This document shows positions 1 to 8,663 of a DNA stretch of 32,000 nucleotides, one piece after another. A program made the position numbers and the translations under genes. The notes below the pieces were generated by a model. It made no database searches. It was not told the origin of the DNA and was given only the letters and a program-made list of their open reading frames with translations. This DNA comes from Chlamydiota bacterium. Lineage in GTDB: Bacteria > Auribacterota > JACPWU01. Location of the stretch: NCBI GenBank assembly GCA_016196885.1, contig JACPWU010000050.1:30001-62000 (forward strand), given 5' to 3'. Within the stretch, counting starts at the first letter, position 1. Every line of letters starts with the position of its first letter.

Positions 1-1
1 T

Positions 2-265
2 CTCCTCACCCACAAGGTAGAAAGGGCAGGCCTAGAAATTATTCTCACCTCAAAAGAATTTATTCTCCTTCAATATCTCATCAGAAACAGAGACACCGTT
101 GTGACTCGCACAATGATTTCAGAACACGCTTGGGACATTAACTTCGATATTTCTTCTAATGTCATCGATGTCTATATCAACTATTTGAGACATAAAATTG
201 ATGAGCAACATCCAAAAAAACTGATTAAGACCATTCGAGGGCGAGGTTACCTTCTTGAGGGATAA
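2..265 (+). CDS. OmpR/PhoB-family response regulator, C-terminal winged-helix fragment (5' end lies outside the window)
   Basis: Frame 2 reads LTSKEFILLQYLIRNRDTVVTRTMISEHAWD...VIDVYINYLRHKIDEQHPKKLIKTIRGRGYLLEG*. This is the typical OmpR-type DNA-binding output domain. The stop at 263-265 is 6 nt before the kinase ATG. Confidence 0.85.
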   Translation, partial: LLTHKVERAGLEIILTSKEFILLQYLIRNRDTVVTRTMISEHAWDINFDISSNVIDVYINYLRHKIDEQHPKKLIKTIRGRGYLLEG

Positions 266-271
266 AAATCT

Positions 272-1774
272 ATGGATCTGTTTTTTTATAAATCAGTCCG
301 TTTTAAAATCATCCTCTTATGCCTATTAACCTTGATGGGCATCTTTTTTGTTTTTAGCATTTTCATACAAACGCAGTTCAGCCACAGCTTGTATGAAAAG
401 ACAGATGCGCTCATTATGACCAAGGCGGAAGGGATTGAAAACGCCATTCAAACTTATTGGCAAACACAAAAAATGGATTTGACTCGAGACTGGTTCTCTT
501 CTCATGTCTTTCCAAAAGGGAAAGACATGAAGTTTGAAAAGATTGCCGACTATCTCACCACAGAAAAATTGAGAGACGAACTTGAAATCAATGCGATGAG
601 TGTAGATATTTTAAATCCCAAAGGAGAATTGATCGCCTCTTCGCGAGAAATCCCTGAAGTGGATGCCTTAAGAAGAAAACTTTTTGAGAAAACCTCACCA
701 GAGACTCGTTTCGATAATTTAAACGTTTCATCAAAAGGGGGAAATGATTTACCCATTCGCGTTTTAACCAAGACCATTAAAAGTCAGAATCGAGTTCAAT
801 ACATTGTACAAATTGTGGCTTCCCTCTCCCCAGTTATGTCAGAAATGAAGCGGTTGAGAAAAATATTCTTCATGCTTTTACCTATTGCCATTTTAATTGC
901 CGGCGTCACCGCCTTTTCGTTGGTCAAAGTGACATTGCGTCCCATTGACGAAATGGTCAGCAGAATTGGCGAAATTAAACCCGATAATTTAGGCGTACGC
1001 ATTCACATCCATCATTCAGACGATGAAGTGGGACGACTCGCCCAAACATTCAATGAAATGCTCGAGAGATTGGAAAAATCATTTTTATCCCAGCACCAGA
1101 TGATTGAAGACATTTCTCATGAGTTAAAAACGCCCATCACCATTATGAAAGGTCAATTACAACTGGCCTTAAACAGACTACGCTCTTCGCGAGAGTACAA
1201 ATCTGTTTTGTACAGCAACTTAGAAGAAGTAGAGAAAATAAGAAACATTGTTGATGAAGTTTTGACCCTGGCTCGTTTAGACAGTCAGGAATTTTCCGCG
1301 GAAATGGAGGAAATAGATTTAAATTCCCTCCTGAATTTAGTTTTGGAAGACATTCGTGTGTTAGCAGAATCAAAAAATGTGGAACTTTCTCTTCAGTTGC
1401 GGCCAAAAACAATTTTAAGAGGAAATGAAACTCAACTCCGAAGACTTTTCTTCAATCTACTTGAAAATGCAGTAAAATACAATCATCCTGGAGGTAAGAT
1501 CACAGTGAGAATCAAGACCCAGGGCCAAGATGTACAAGTTGAGGTCTCAGACAGCGGCGTAGGAATTCCAGAAGAAGATTTGCCTTATATTTTTGATCGA
1601 TTTTATCAAGCGCACAAGGCCCGCGAGAACCATGACGGCATTGGCTTGGGACTCAGCATTGCAAAATCGATTGTTCAAGCCCATAAAGGAGACATTCAAG
1701 TCAAAAGCCATTTAGGACAAGGAACCACCTTCCAGATTTATTTTCCGATGTTTAGTAGCTATGTTCATAAATAA
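272..1774 (+). CDS. Sensor histidine kinase (two TM segments, HAMP, HisKA, HATPase_c), partner of the upstream response regulator
   Basis: N-terminal TM (IILLCLLTLMGIFFVFSIF) and a second TM (FFMLLPIAILIAGVTAFSLV). H-box ISHELKTPIT, N-box NLLENAVKYN, G1 DSGVGIPEEDL..FDRFYQ, G2 GIGLGLSIAKSIV. Confidence 0.92.
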   Translation: MDLFFYKSVRFKIILLCLLTLMGIFFVFSIFIQTQFSHSLYEKTDALIMTKAEGIENAIQTYWQTQKMDLTRDWFSSHVFPKGKDMKFEKIADYLTTEKLRDELEINAMSVDILNPKGELIASSREIPEVDALRRKLFEKTSPETRFDNLNVSSKGGNDLPIRVLTKTIKSQNRVQYIVQIVASLSPVMSEMKRLRKIFFMLLPIAILIAGVTAFSLVKVTLRPIDEMVSRIGEIKPDNLGVRIHIHHSDDEVGRLAQTFNEMLERLEKSFLSQHQMIEDISHELKTPITIMKGQLQLALNRLRSSREYKSVLYSNLEEVEKIRNIVDEVLTLARLDSQEFSAEMEEIDLNSLLNLVLEDIRVLAESKNVELSLQLRPKTILRGNETQLRRLFFNLLENAVKYNHPGGKITVRIKTQGQDVQVEVSDSGVGIPEEDLPYIFDRFYQAHKARENHDGIGLGLSIAKSIVQAHKGDIQVKSHLGQGTTFQIYFPMFSSYVHK

Positions 1775-1843
1775 ACGTTATGCCGCACACTTCCATCCTT
1801 CCAAATCCAAATCTTAGTGAATTGGGGAAAGTTTATCCACAAA

Positions 1844-2092
1844 TTAGACCGCGATAGGGATGCTAACCGGACAGCTGTCTTGGCGAAGAATAATGGGAGG
1901 GTTCCAAACTTTATGCGCCTTTTTCCACCCATACTCCTCCAGTACATCTTTCCAAGTTCCTTTTTGCGTCACATATTCCATAAACAATTTTAAAGACTTC
2001 ACAAAAGAGTCATTTGCGTCTTTGAAAGAATCTCCATGAGCTACAAGATCAAAAGCAGGGGTATAAGCAATAAAAGAGTCTCCCTCTTTCAT
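1844..2092 (-). CDS. Small HicB-like (UPF0150-type) protein; the start codon is uncertain and no toxin partner is present
   Basis: The segment IPVFYMKEGDSFIAYTPAFDLVAHGDSFKDANDSFVKSLKLFMEY fits the HicB N-domain pattern (strand, G, strand, P..L.G....G.s..eA......l.l). The first ATG falls inside the predicted first strand. The open frame continues upstream to the ftsQ stop with no ATG, GTG or TTG. Confidence 0.35.
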   Translation of the reverse strand: MKEGDSFIAYTPAFDLVAHGDSFKDANDSFVKSLKLFMEYVTQKGTWKDVLEEYGWKKAHKVWNPPIILRQDSCPVSIPIAV

Positions 2093-2158
2093 GTAAAAAA
2101 CGGGAATGTTGGTTTTTATACTCGTATTGCATCTGAAGGAGTTACAAAAATATTCAAT

Positions 2159-3025
2159 TTAGGAAACAGCTCTAGCAGAATGCTCTGGTTCTTTCAACAC
2201 CACGGGAACATATCGAAATCGAAGATCAATGGACAGGGGTTCTCTCTTTTTCTTTTTGAGATCATCTAAAATGGAAAGTAATTTCAAGAGTCGTCCTTCA
2301 AATTCTTCATTTCCCAAATGAATCACGAGATCTCCCTTCCCTTTCAGAATCACATCCTCTTTGTCATGCAAATCAATCCATTGAAGATCAAAAACTTTTT
2401 TTAGGACAGATCCGGAAAAAATTTCCAGGACTTTCAAGGCATTGGGAAGCCCGCCTTGAATCACTTGATTGCCTCGGCGAAAAGCACTTTTTTCCAAAGG
2501 CATTCGGATGATGGGATAAAGATTACTCGCCGCTTGAACGTTAGACACAATCACCCCCTGGGGATCCACCAGCCATCCCTTGGAACCCCCCGAGATCGCA
2601 ATCACCTGAGCCAGGGGAGCCCTCTCCTGGACTTGAATGACAATGTCTCCAGGAAGCTCCCTCCAAACTTGAACTTCCTTGAAGAGAGGTTCTAAAGTCA
2701 GTAAACGCCTGGCCTCGAGAATGTTTGCCTTAAAGATATTATGAAAGGATTTTAGTCTCGATCGCTCAATCACCTCCTCCTCTGAAACAACCGAAGCCCC
2801 CATCACCTTAATTTTTTGGATGGTGAAATAAGAATCCCCGCAAGCCATTTTCCATATTTGAGAAGCAACCCACCCTGATAAGGCCAAATCTACTGTCAGG
2901 AGAAATAAAAACAAACTGCCGCGTGAAAGTTTCCTCAACCAAGAAGGACGTTTAGAATTCTTGGATGAACCAAACCTGTGGAAATGGGAAGGAGCCTTAT
3001 AAACGTAGCGCTTTGGACGAAGCAT
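2159..3025 (-). CDS. ftsQ: Cell division protein FtsQ/DivIB (TM plus POTRA)
   Basis: Basic N-terminus, TM LFLFLLTVDLALSGWVASQIW, and a POTRA-like FTIQKIKVMGASVVSEEEVIERSRL. It sits directly after ddl at the 3' end of the dcw cluster and overlaps the ddl stop by 29 nt. Confidence 0.8.
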   Translation of the reverse strand: MLRPKRYVYKAPSHFHRFGSSKNSKRPSWLRKLSRGSLFLFLLTVDLALSGWVASQIWKMACGDSYFTIQKIKVMGASVVSEEEVIERSRLKSFHNIFKANILEARRLLTLEPLFKEVQVWRELPGDIVIQVQERAPLAQVIAISGGSKGWLVDPQGVIVSNVQAASNLYPIIRMPLEKSAFRRGNQVIQGGLPNALKVLEIFSGSVLKKVFDLQWIDLHDKEDVILKGKGDLVIHLGNEEFEGRLLKLLSILDDLKKKKREPLSIDLRFRYVPVVLKEPEHSARAVS

Positions 3026-3971
3026 GATTGTGAACTCGGTTGTGAATTCGGGTCAAAGCCATCTCTAAAATTTTCTCACACAAATCTTCAAAAGAAAGCC
3101 CCACGGCTTGAGCTGCTTTGGGGAGCAGGCTCTTTTCCGTAAAGCCTGGGATGGTGTTTATCTCCAACACCCAAGGCTGATTTTCTAAATCTAAAAGAAT
3201 ATCCACGCGGGAAAGATCCCGACAGCCAAGCGCACGATGAGCCTTGAGCGCCAAATCCTGAACCTTTTTAAAAATGGCTGATGGAATTTGAGCTGGAACT
3301 TCATATTCTGTGTGACCTGTGCTGTACTTGGCTTCAAAATCATAAAAGCTACGATCCGTTTTAATCCGAATAATGGGAAGCACAACCTCATTCAAAATTC
3401 CGACGGTCAACTCATCCCCCTGGATAAATTTTTCAACTAAAATTTCTTGAGTGACCTGTCGAATTCTTTCAAAAGCCTGAGGCAGGTGCCCTAAATCTTG
3501 AACGATTTCTAACCCAATGCTAGAACCTTCATCCACTGGTTTTAGGACCAGAGGAAATTCTAATTTCAAAATCTGACTCTCAAGAGAGTTCAAATTTTCA
3601 AAAGAGCCCGACACCCAAGCAGGCGTTGAAATTCCACTGCGATCAAAAACTTTTTTGGATAAATTCTTATGTAAGGCTAAAAAACTGGCTTCGGGCCCAC
3701 AACCCGTGTAAGGAATATGAACCGACTCTAAAATTTTCTGAACCTGACCATCTTCTCCAAAACGCCCGTGAAGAGCAATAAAAGCTACATCAATATTTGC
3801 ATTTAACAAACGCGTTGAAAGATCCTCCATCTCTAGAATTTCACAAACATCAAATCCCTTGGCTTTCAGGGCACGACTGACCGCCTGACCCGACTTGAGT
3901 GAAATCTCTCTCTCCCGAGAAGACCCGCCCATTAAAACAGCCACCCGAATTTTTTCTTTTTTATTCTCCAT
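2997..3971 (-). CDS. ddl: D-alanine--D-alanine ligase
   Basis: IRVAVLMGGSSREREISLKSG, ALHGRFGEDGQVQ, EINTIPGFTEKSLLPKAA. I prefer the ATG at 3971 (MENKKEK), which has GAGGTG 6-7 nt upstream, over the ORF-track ATG at 3980. Confidence 0.93.
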   Translation of the reverse strand: MENKKEKIRVAVLMGGSSREREISLKSGQAVSRALKAKGFDVCEILEMEDLSTRLLNANIDVAFIALHGRFGEDGQVQKILESVHIPYTGCGPEASFLALHKNLSKKVFDRSGISTPAWVSGSFENLNSLESQILKLEFPLVLKPVDEGSSIGLEIVQDLGHLPQAFERIRQVTQEILVEKFIQGDELTVGILNEVVLPIIRIKTDRSFYDFEAKYSTGHTEYEVPAQIPSAIFKKVQDLALKAHRALGCRDLSRVDILLDLENQPWVLEINTIPGFTEKSLLPKAAQAVGLSFEDLCEKILEMALTRIHNRVHNHASSKALRL

Positions 3972-3999
3972 ACAAAGCACCTCACACTCCGCAACAAAT

Positions 4000-4126
4000 A
4001 ATTACCAATCACCAATTACAAATGTCAAATGAATGACCAATGACTCAATGTTCAATTGGACATTGAATCATTGGAAATTAATTTGTAATTGGTAATTGGT
4101 AATTGAAAATTGGTCATGGGTCATTG
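4000..4126. repeat. Type A heptamer hairpin (AATTGGT/CATTGGT units), copy 1, centred on CAATTG 4053-4058
   Basis: Right arm reads taattgg taattgg taattga aaattgg tcatggg tcattg; left arm reads aattacc aatcacc aattaca aatgtca. Hand pairing from the centre gives about 30 positions that are mostly Watson-Crick. The element fills the murC-murB stop (4130) to ddl start spacer. Confidence 0.85.
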
Positions 4127-4129
4127 TTT

Positions 4130-6355
4130 TTAATCTTCCCCCACCACCTCTACTTCATTTTCCAAAAGTACCTTTTTCTCCTGATAAACACGGTTTCGAA
4201 CCTGTTCAATGAGAGAAATAACATCCGAGGCCTTGGCCTTACCCTTATTTACAATAAAATTAGCGTGCTGAGAAGAAACCTGCGCCTCTCCATAACTTAA
4301 ATCTTTCAACCCGGATTGATCAATCAGTTCGCCTGCATGAAAGCCCGAAGGATTTTTAAAAATACATCCTGCATTAGGCAATCTTGGATAAGTCAAAACC
4401 CTTTTGTTTTTGCGGACGATCATTTTCTCACAAATTTTTCTGGGATCGGAAGGAACAAGACGAAATCTTGCCTGAAGTGCAATCTTTCCTCTGAGGCCCA
4501 GACAGGTCCGATATTTTAGTTGTAATTTTTGACGAGACAATGTTTCTAAAGCCCCTTCCGGCGTTAAAGCCGTGACAAAATCTAAGGCGTCTCCAATCTC
4601 AGAACCATAAGCCCCTGCATTAAAATGAAGGGCGCCGCCAATGGTTCCCGGAATCCCTTTTAAATTTTCCAAGCCTGAAAGACTGGCCTCCATCGCAATT
4701 TGAATCACCTCCGCCAAACTCAGTCCCGAACCGACTGTCAAATTTTCCCCCTCTACATTCCACTGGCGAAAAGAGGGACTGGAAAGACGAACCACCACGC
4801 CCCGAATCCCCCCATCTTTCACAATCACATTGGAACCATTCCCAATCACAAAAAGAGGTAAACCTTTCTTACGCGCCCATTGTTGTACTTGAAGGAGTTC
4901 TTCCAAGTGACAGGGTTCAATCCAAAAATCAGCGGGACCTCCCAAATGAAAAGTGGTGTGCTTAGCCATGGATTCCCCTTTGAGAATTCGCCCTTTTAGA
5001 GAATCCAAAACATTTTTTTTCATTTGAAGATCATCCAAAACCTCTTGACCCAAATTTGTAATATCCCCTGCCCCCAAGGTTAAAACAGCTTGATAAGCAA
5101 AATAATTTTCTAATGTGTAGTTGCGAAGACCTTCACGATCTGAAATATATTCGACGGACGGCTTCCCCCATTTTACGATCTCTTCATAAATTGAGCGGCC
5201 CGTCACACCTGCTATAGGATTTTCATGGCTTGCATAAACATCTGTGATTACAACATGATCCAAACCTTCAAAAGCTCTTCCAAATTGTTCTTTCAGGTGA
5301 TAAGTACGGCTGTAACGATGCGGCTGAAAGACACCTAATAATTTTCCGGAGAAACAAAGGCGTGCATTTTGAATCGTCGCCTGGATTTCTGTTGGATGAT
5401 GCGCATAATCATCCACGAACATCGTATTTTCAAATTGCCCTTTCACCTGAAAACGACGTGCTGCCCCTTCAAAATTTTCCAAGGCTTTTTGAATCGCAGA
5501 AAATTCAACTCCCGCTTGTAACCCCACTCCCACAGCGGCCAAGGCATTTAGGATTTGATGCCTACCTGAAATGTTTAAAGAGATTTCACCTAAATCATTC
5601 CCCTTGAAAGAAAGGTGAAATTTCGACCGCCAGGGCAAAGTTTTAACCTGAGACGCTTGAAGCTGGGTGCTTTCAGAAAAACCATAAGTAATAAAAGAAA
5701 CGCCTGGATATTGTTCAATAAGCCTTCGACAACCCAAATCATCCGAACAAACTAAAACGGGGCCTGATACCTGACCCACAAAAGTTTTAAAATGACTTAC
5801 AATTTCATTAAAATCCTTAAAAAAATCCAGATGCTCCGGCTCTAAATTGGTGATGACGGCCACCTGAGGATGATATTCCAACAAACTTCCATCACTCTCA
5901 TCCGCCTCAAAGAGAGCCCAATCCCCTTGCCCGTTCCTCGCATTTCCACTTAGAAAAGGGAAGTCTCCTCCCACCGCAACAGTAGGATCAAGTCTTCCCT
6001 CCAACAAAATTTTTGCGATCATTCCCGTGGTAGAAGTTTTCCCATGCATACCCGAAACAGCGATCGATTTTTTCTCTTTCATCAAATTCCAAAGCATTTG
6101 AGAGCGATGCAAAAGAGAGACACCAGACCTTTTCGCTTCAGCTCTCTCAACGTGAGATCCGTTGATGGCACTGGAAAAAACAACGCAGTCCCTTCCTTCC
6201 ACATAGGAAGGATGATGTCCCTGGTAAACACGAATTTTCTCGCCTAGAGAAACTTTTCTCCTGTCTGAGCCGCTGACCTCATGTCCCTGAGAAGACAGGA
6301 TACAAGCCAAGGCGCTCATGCCAGAACCGCCAATACCTATCAAATGAATTTTCAT
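4130..6355 (-). CDS. murC/murB: Bifunctional MurC-MurB fusion (UDP-N-acetylmuramate--L-alanine ligase fused to UDP-N-acetylenolpyruvoylglucosamine reductase)
   Basis: N-terminal half: IGIGGSGMSALA, GMHGKTSTTGM, DDYAHHPTEI, LTLGAGDIT (MurC). C-terminal half from about nt 5020 downward: KHTTFHLGGPADFW, VIGNGSNVIV, GIPGTIGGALHFNAGAYG, GCIFKNP, SSQHANFIVN (MurB). It is a single uninterrupted 741-aa frame. Confidence 0.9.
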   Translation of the reverse strand: MKIHLIGIGGSGMSALACILSSQGHEVSGSDRRKVSLGEKIRVYQGHHPSYVEGRDCVVFSSAINGSHVERAEAKRSGVSLLHRSQMLWNLMKEKKSIAVSGMHGKTSTTGMIAKILLEGRLDPTVAVGGDFPFLSGNARNGQGDWALFEADESDGSLLEYHPQVAVITNLEPEHLDFFKDFNEIVSHFKTFVGQVSGPVLVCSDDLGCRRLIEQYPGVSFITYGFSESTQLQASQVKTLPWRSKFHLSFKGNDLGEISLNISGRHQILNALAAVGVGLQAGVEFSAIQKALENFEGAARRFQVKGQFENTMFVDDYAHHPTEIQATIQNARLCFSGKLLGVFQPHRYSRTYHLKEQFGRAFEGLDHVVITDVYASHENPIAGVTGRSIYEEIVKWGKPSVEYISDREGLRNYTLENYFAYQAVLTLGAGDITNLGQEVLDDLQMKKNVLDSLKGRILKGESMAKHTTFHLGGPADFWIEPCHLEELLQVQQWARKKGLPLFVIGNGSNVIVKDGGIRGVVVRLSSPSFRQWNVEGENLTVGSGLSLAEVIQIAMEASLSGLENLKGIPGTIGGALHFNAGAYGSEIGDALDFVTALTPEGALETLSRQKLQLKYRTCLGLRGKIALQARFRLVPSDPRKICEKMIVRKNKRVLTYPRLPNAGCIFKNPSGFHAGELIDQSGLKDLSYGEAQVSSQHANFIVNKGKAKASDVISLIEQVRNRVYQEKKVLLENEVEVVGED

Positions 6356-7479
6356 TCTTTCCCCACCACTTCTTTCAACACCTTCACAATCCGAGCCGCC
6401 CCATCCGCAAGACCCAAGGCCTTGGCGTGCTGCGACAATGATTTTCTCAAGACATGATTCTCCACCAGCCTCGCAATTTCCTTTGCCAAAACTTGAGGAG
6501 AAAGTTCTTTTTCATCAATGAGAAACGCCGCACCTTGTTTCACCAAATAGTCGGCATTGACCCATTGATGATTCTCAATGGCATGAGGATAAGGAATTAA
6601 CAGAGACGGCAAACCGCAAAAGGTGACTTCCGCTAAAGTCGAAGCCCCCGCCCTCCCGACAAAGAGATCCGCACTGCCAAAGGCCTGCTCCACCTCATCC
6701 AAAAAAGGAAAGGCCTGATATGAAACACCATTCGGTTGATATTGATACATCACATGTTCATAATCTTTTTTACCCGTCACATGAACAATCTGAATTTTTT
6801 TAGACGTAGGTCCCATTTGATGAATTGCTTGAAGAAGACAGGTATTGATTTTCTGAGACCCCTGGCTTCCTCCCATGACCAAAATGGTAAATTTATCTGA
6901 GGCCAATTTCAAATTCCGAACGGCCTGGACCCGGTCCAGATTTAAAAATCTCTCCCGAATAGGAAGTCCTGTCACAAGCACTCTTTGATCATAAAAAAAA
7001 GGGTGTGCTCCCTTTTGTCCCTCTAAAGAATTTTTTAAGGAAGGAAAAGTGGTGCACACCACATTTGCCCATCGGGAAAGCAAACGGTTGGCACGTCCTG
7101 GCTGAAGATTGGCCTCATGAATCACTACAGGAATTTTCATCAAATGTGCCGCAAGCACAGGGGCACACGAAATGAAACTCCCGAAAGAAAGCACTGCATC
7201 GGGCCGCCTTTTTCCAAAAAGGAGTACGGCTTGAACGAAACCCAGCATCAGCATTCCCAAACATTTAAAGATCTTCCAATGAAACCCTGTCGGGAAACCG
7301 GATCCTGAAATTCCTTCAAAGAGAAAGCCCTCCTGACTCAAAAGGCTCTGATCCAATCCCCCTTGAGTTCCGATGAAATAAATTTCATCTGCCGGATTTT
7401 CTTTTTTCAGACGACGAGCCACAGCCAATGCAGGAAAGATATGTCCCCCCGTTTTACCCGCACAAATGGCAACTTTCAT
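6352..7479 (-). CDS. murG: UDP-N-acetylglucosamine--N-acetylmuramyl-(pentapeptide) pyrophosphoryl-undecaprenol GlcNAc transferase
   Basis: GKTGGHIFPALAVARRL, VMGGSQGSQKIN, GRAGASTLAEV. There is a 4-nt overlap with both neighbours. Confidence 0.93.
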   Translation of the reverse strand: MKVAICAGKTGGHIFPALAVARRLKKENPADEIYFIGTQGGLDQSLLSQEGFLFEGISGSGFPTGFHWKIFKCLGMLMLGFVQAVLLFGKRRPDAVLSFGSFISCAPVLAAHLMKIPVVIHEANLQPGRANRLLSRWANVVCTTFPSLKNSLEGQKGAHPFFYDQRVLVTGLPIRERFLNLDRVQAVRNLKLASDKFTILVMGGSQGSQKINTCLLQAIHQMGPTSKKIQIVHVTGKKDYEHVMYQYQPNGVSYQAFPFLDEVEQAFGSADLFVGRAGASTLAEVTFCGLPSLLIPYPHAIENHQWVNADYLVKQGAAFLIDEKELSPQVLAKEIARLVENHVLRKSLSQHAKALGLADGAARIVKVLKEVVGKE

Positions 7480-8663
7480 GTTTTGCGCCTCCTTGCGAAC
7501 AGACGACGTGGTTTCGCCTTCACCCGTACCCTCAAGGACTCCCGAGAGTCCCGATTCCTTCTCTGATCTAACCTACCAGCTAAATTCATTAAAATGCCGA
7601 TCCCGGCCATGTTCAAGACCAAACTGGTTCCTCCAAAACTGATGAAAGGGAGCGGCAGGCCCTTGGTCGGTAAAGTCCCCGTGACCACCCCCATGTTAAT
7701 CACCGTCTGAAAGGCCAGGAGGCTCACAATCCCAAGGCCCATGAGATGACCCAGAAGATCCTCTGTTTTCAAAACCACGCGAAAGCCCAATACAAAAAGG
7801 AAAAAGAAGGCAAGACACACCATCAAAACTCCCAAGAAACCCAACTCTTCTCCGATAATGCTGAAAATAAAATCCGTATGCGCCTCTGGCAAATAAAATA
7901 ATTTCTGACGAGACTCTCCCAAACCAACCCCCGTTAATCCCCCTGAACCCAAGGCAATAAAGGATTGAATGATTTGAAATCCGACTCCCTTAGGGTCTTT
8001 CCAAGGATCTAAAAAGGCAAGAATTCGAGCCCGCCGATATGCGGCCCCCGCGATGAGATAATAAAGGGCCGGCAGGGAGATGAGTGTCAATCCCAGAAGA
8101 TAGGTGAAACGGACGCCTCCGACAAACAAAAGGATCATTCCGACGGTTCCAATCCCCAATGTAGTCCCAAGATCTGGCTGAATTAAAATCATCACAACCA
8201 TCAACCCTAAAACAGCAATCGGCGGAAGAAAACCATGCACGAAAGACTTGACTCTATTTTGACCCGAAGACAACCTTTTTGCCAAGAAAAAAATAGTCGC
8301 ATACTTAGCAAGTTCAGATGGTTGAAAACTAAAGCCTCCTACTTTTAGCCAACGACGAGCCCCGCCCACCTGATGACCGACAGAAGGAACCATCACCCCC
8401 ACGAGAAGAATGGCTGATAAAATTAAAATCCATAGCGATGCGCTCCCCCAAAATTCATAAGGGACACGATACCCCACGTAAAGCGTAACCACACCAAAGG
8501 CCACCCATAAAAGCTCCTTCCTCAAGAAAAAGAGAGCATCTCCAAAACGCTCCTGAGCCAGAATCGCACTGGTGCTGTAAATCATCACCAGTCCTACGGC
8601 GATTAAAAAAAGTGTAGTGTAAAATAAAAGATACGCTGTTTTTTGCATATTTTTTTCAGACAC
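7476..8663 (-). CDS. ftsW: SEDS-family peptidoglycan glycosyltransferase FtsW
   Basis: Polytopic membrane protein with QPSELAK, QPDLGT and PEAHTDFIFS motifs. The GTG at 8663 overlaps the murD stop; an alternative ATG lies at 8648. Confidence 0.9.
   Translation of the reverse strand: MSEKNMQKTAYLLFYTTLFLIAVGLVMIYSTSAILAQERFGDALFFLRKELLWVAFGVVTLYVGYRVPYEFWGSASLWILILSAILLVGVMVPSVGHQVGGARRWLKVGGFSFQPSELAKYATIFFLAKRLSSGQNRVKSFVHGFLPPIAVLGLMVVMILIQPDLGTTLGIGTVGMILLFVGGVRFTYLLGLTLISLPALYYLIAGAAYRRARILAFLDPWKDPKGVGFQIIQSFIALGSGGLTGVGLGESRQKLFYLPEAHTDFIFSIIGEELGFLGVLMVCLAFFFLFVLGFRVVLKTEDLLGHLMGLGIVSLLAFQTVINMGVVTGTLPTKGLPLPFISFGGTSLVLNMAGIGILMNLAGRLDQRRNRDSRESLRVRVKAKPRRLFARRRKT

Noticed and set aside
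1775-1843. Convergent terminator between the kinase gene and the HicB-like ORF
   Set aside because: I found no convincing stem-loop with a U-run on either strand. There is only a weak tccaaa-tccaaa direct repeat.
4000-4126. Type A, B and D hairpins considered as Rho-independent terminators
   Set aside because: None is followed by a U-run on the transcribed (minus) strand. They also sit between translationally linked genes of essential operons. Only the type C and type F elements have U5-U6 tracts, and those are reported separately.
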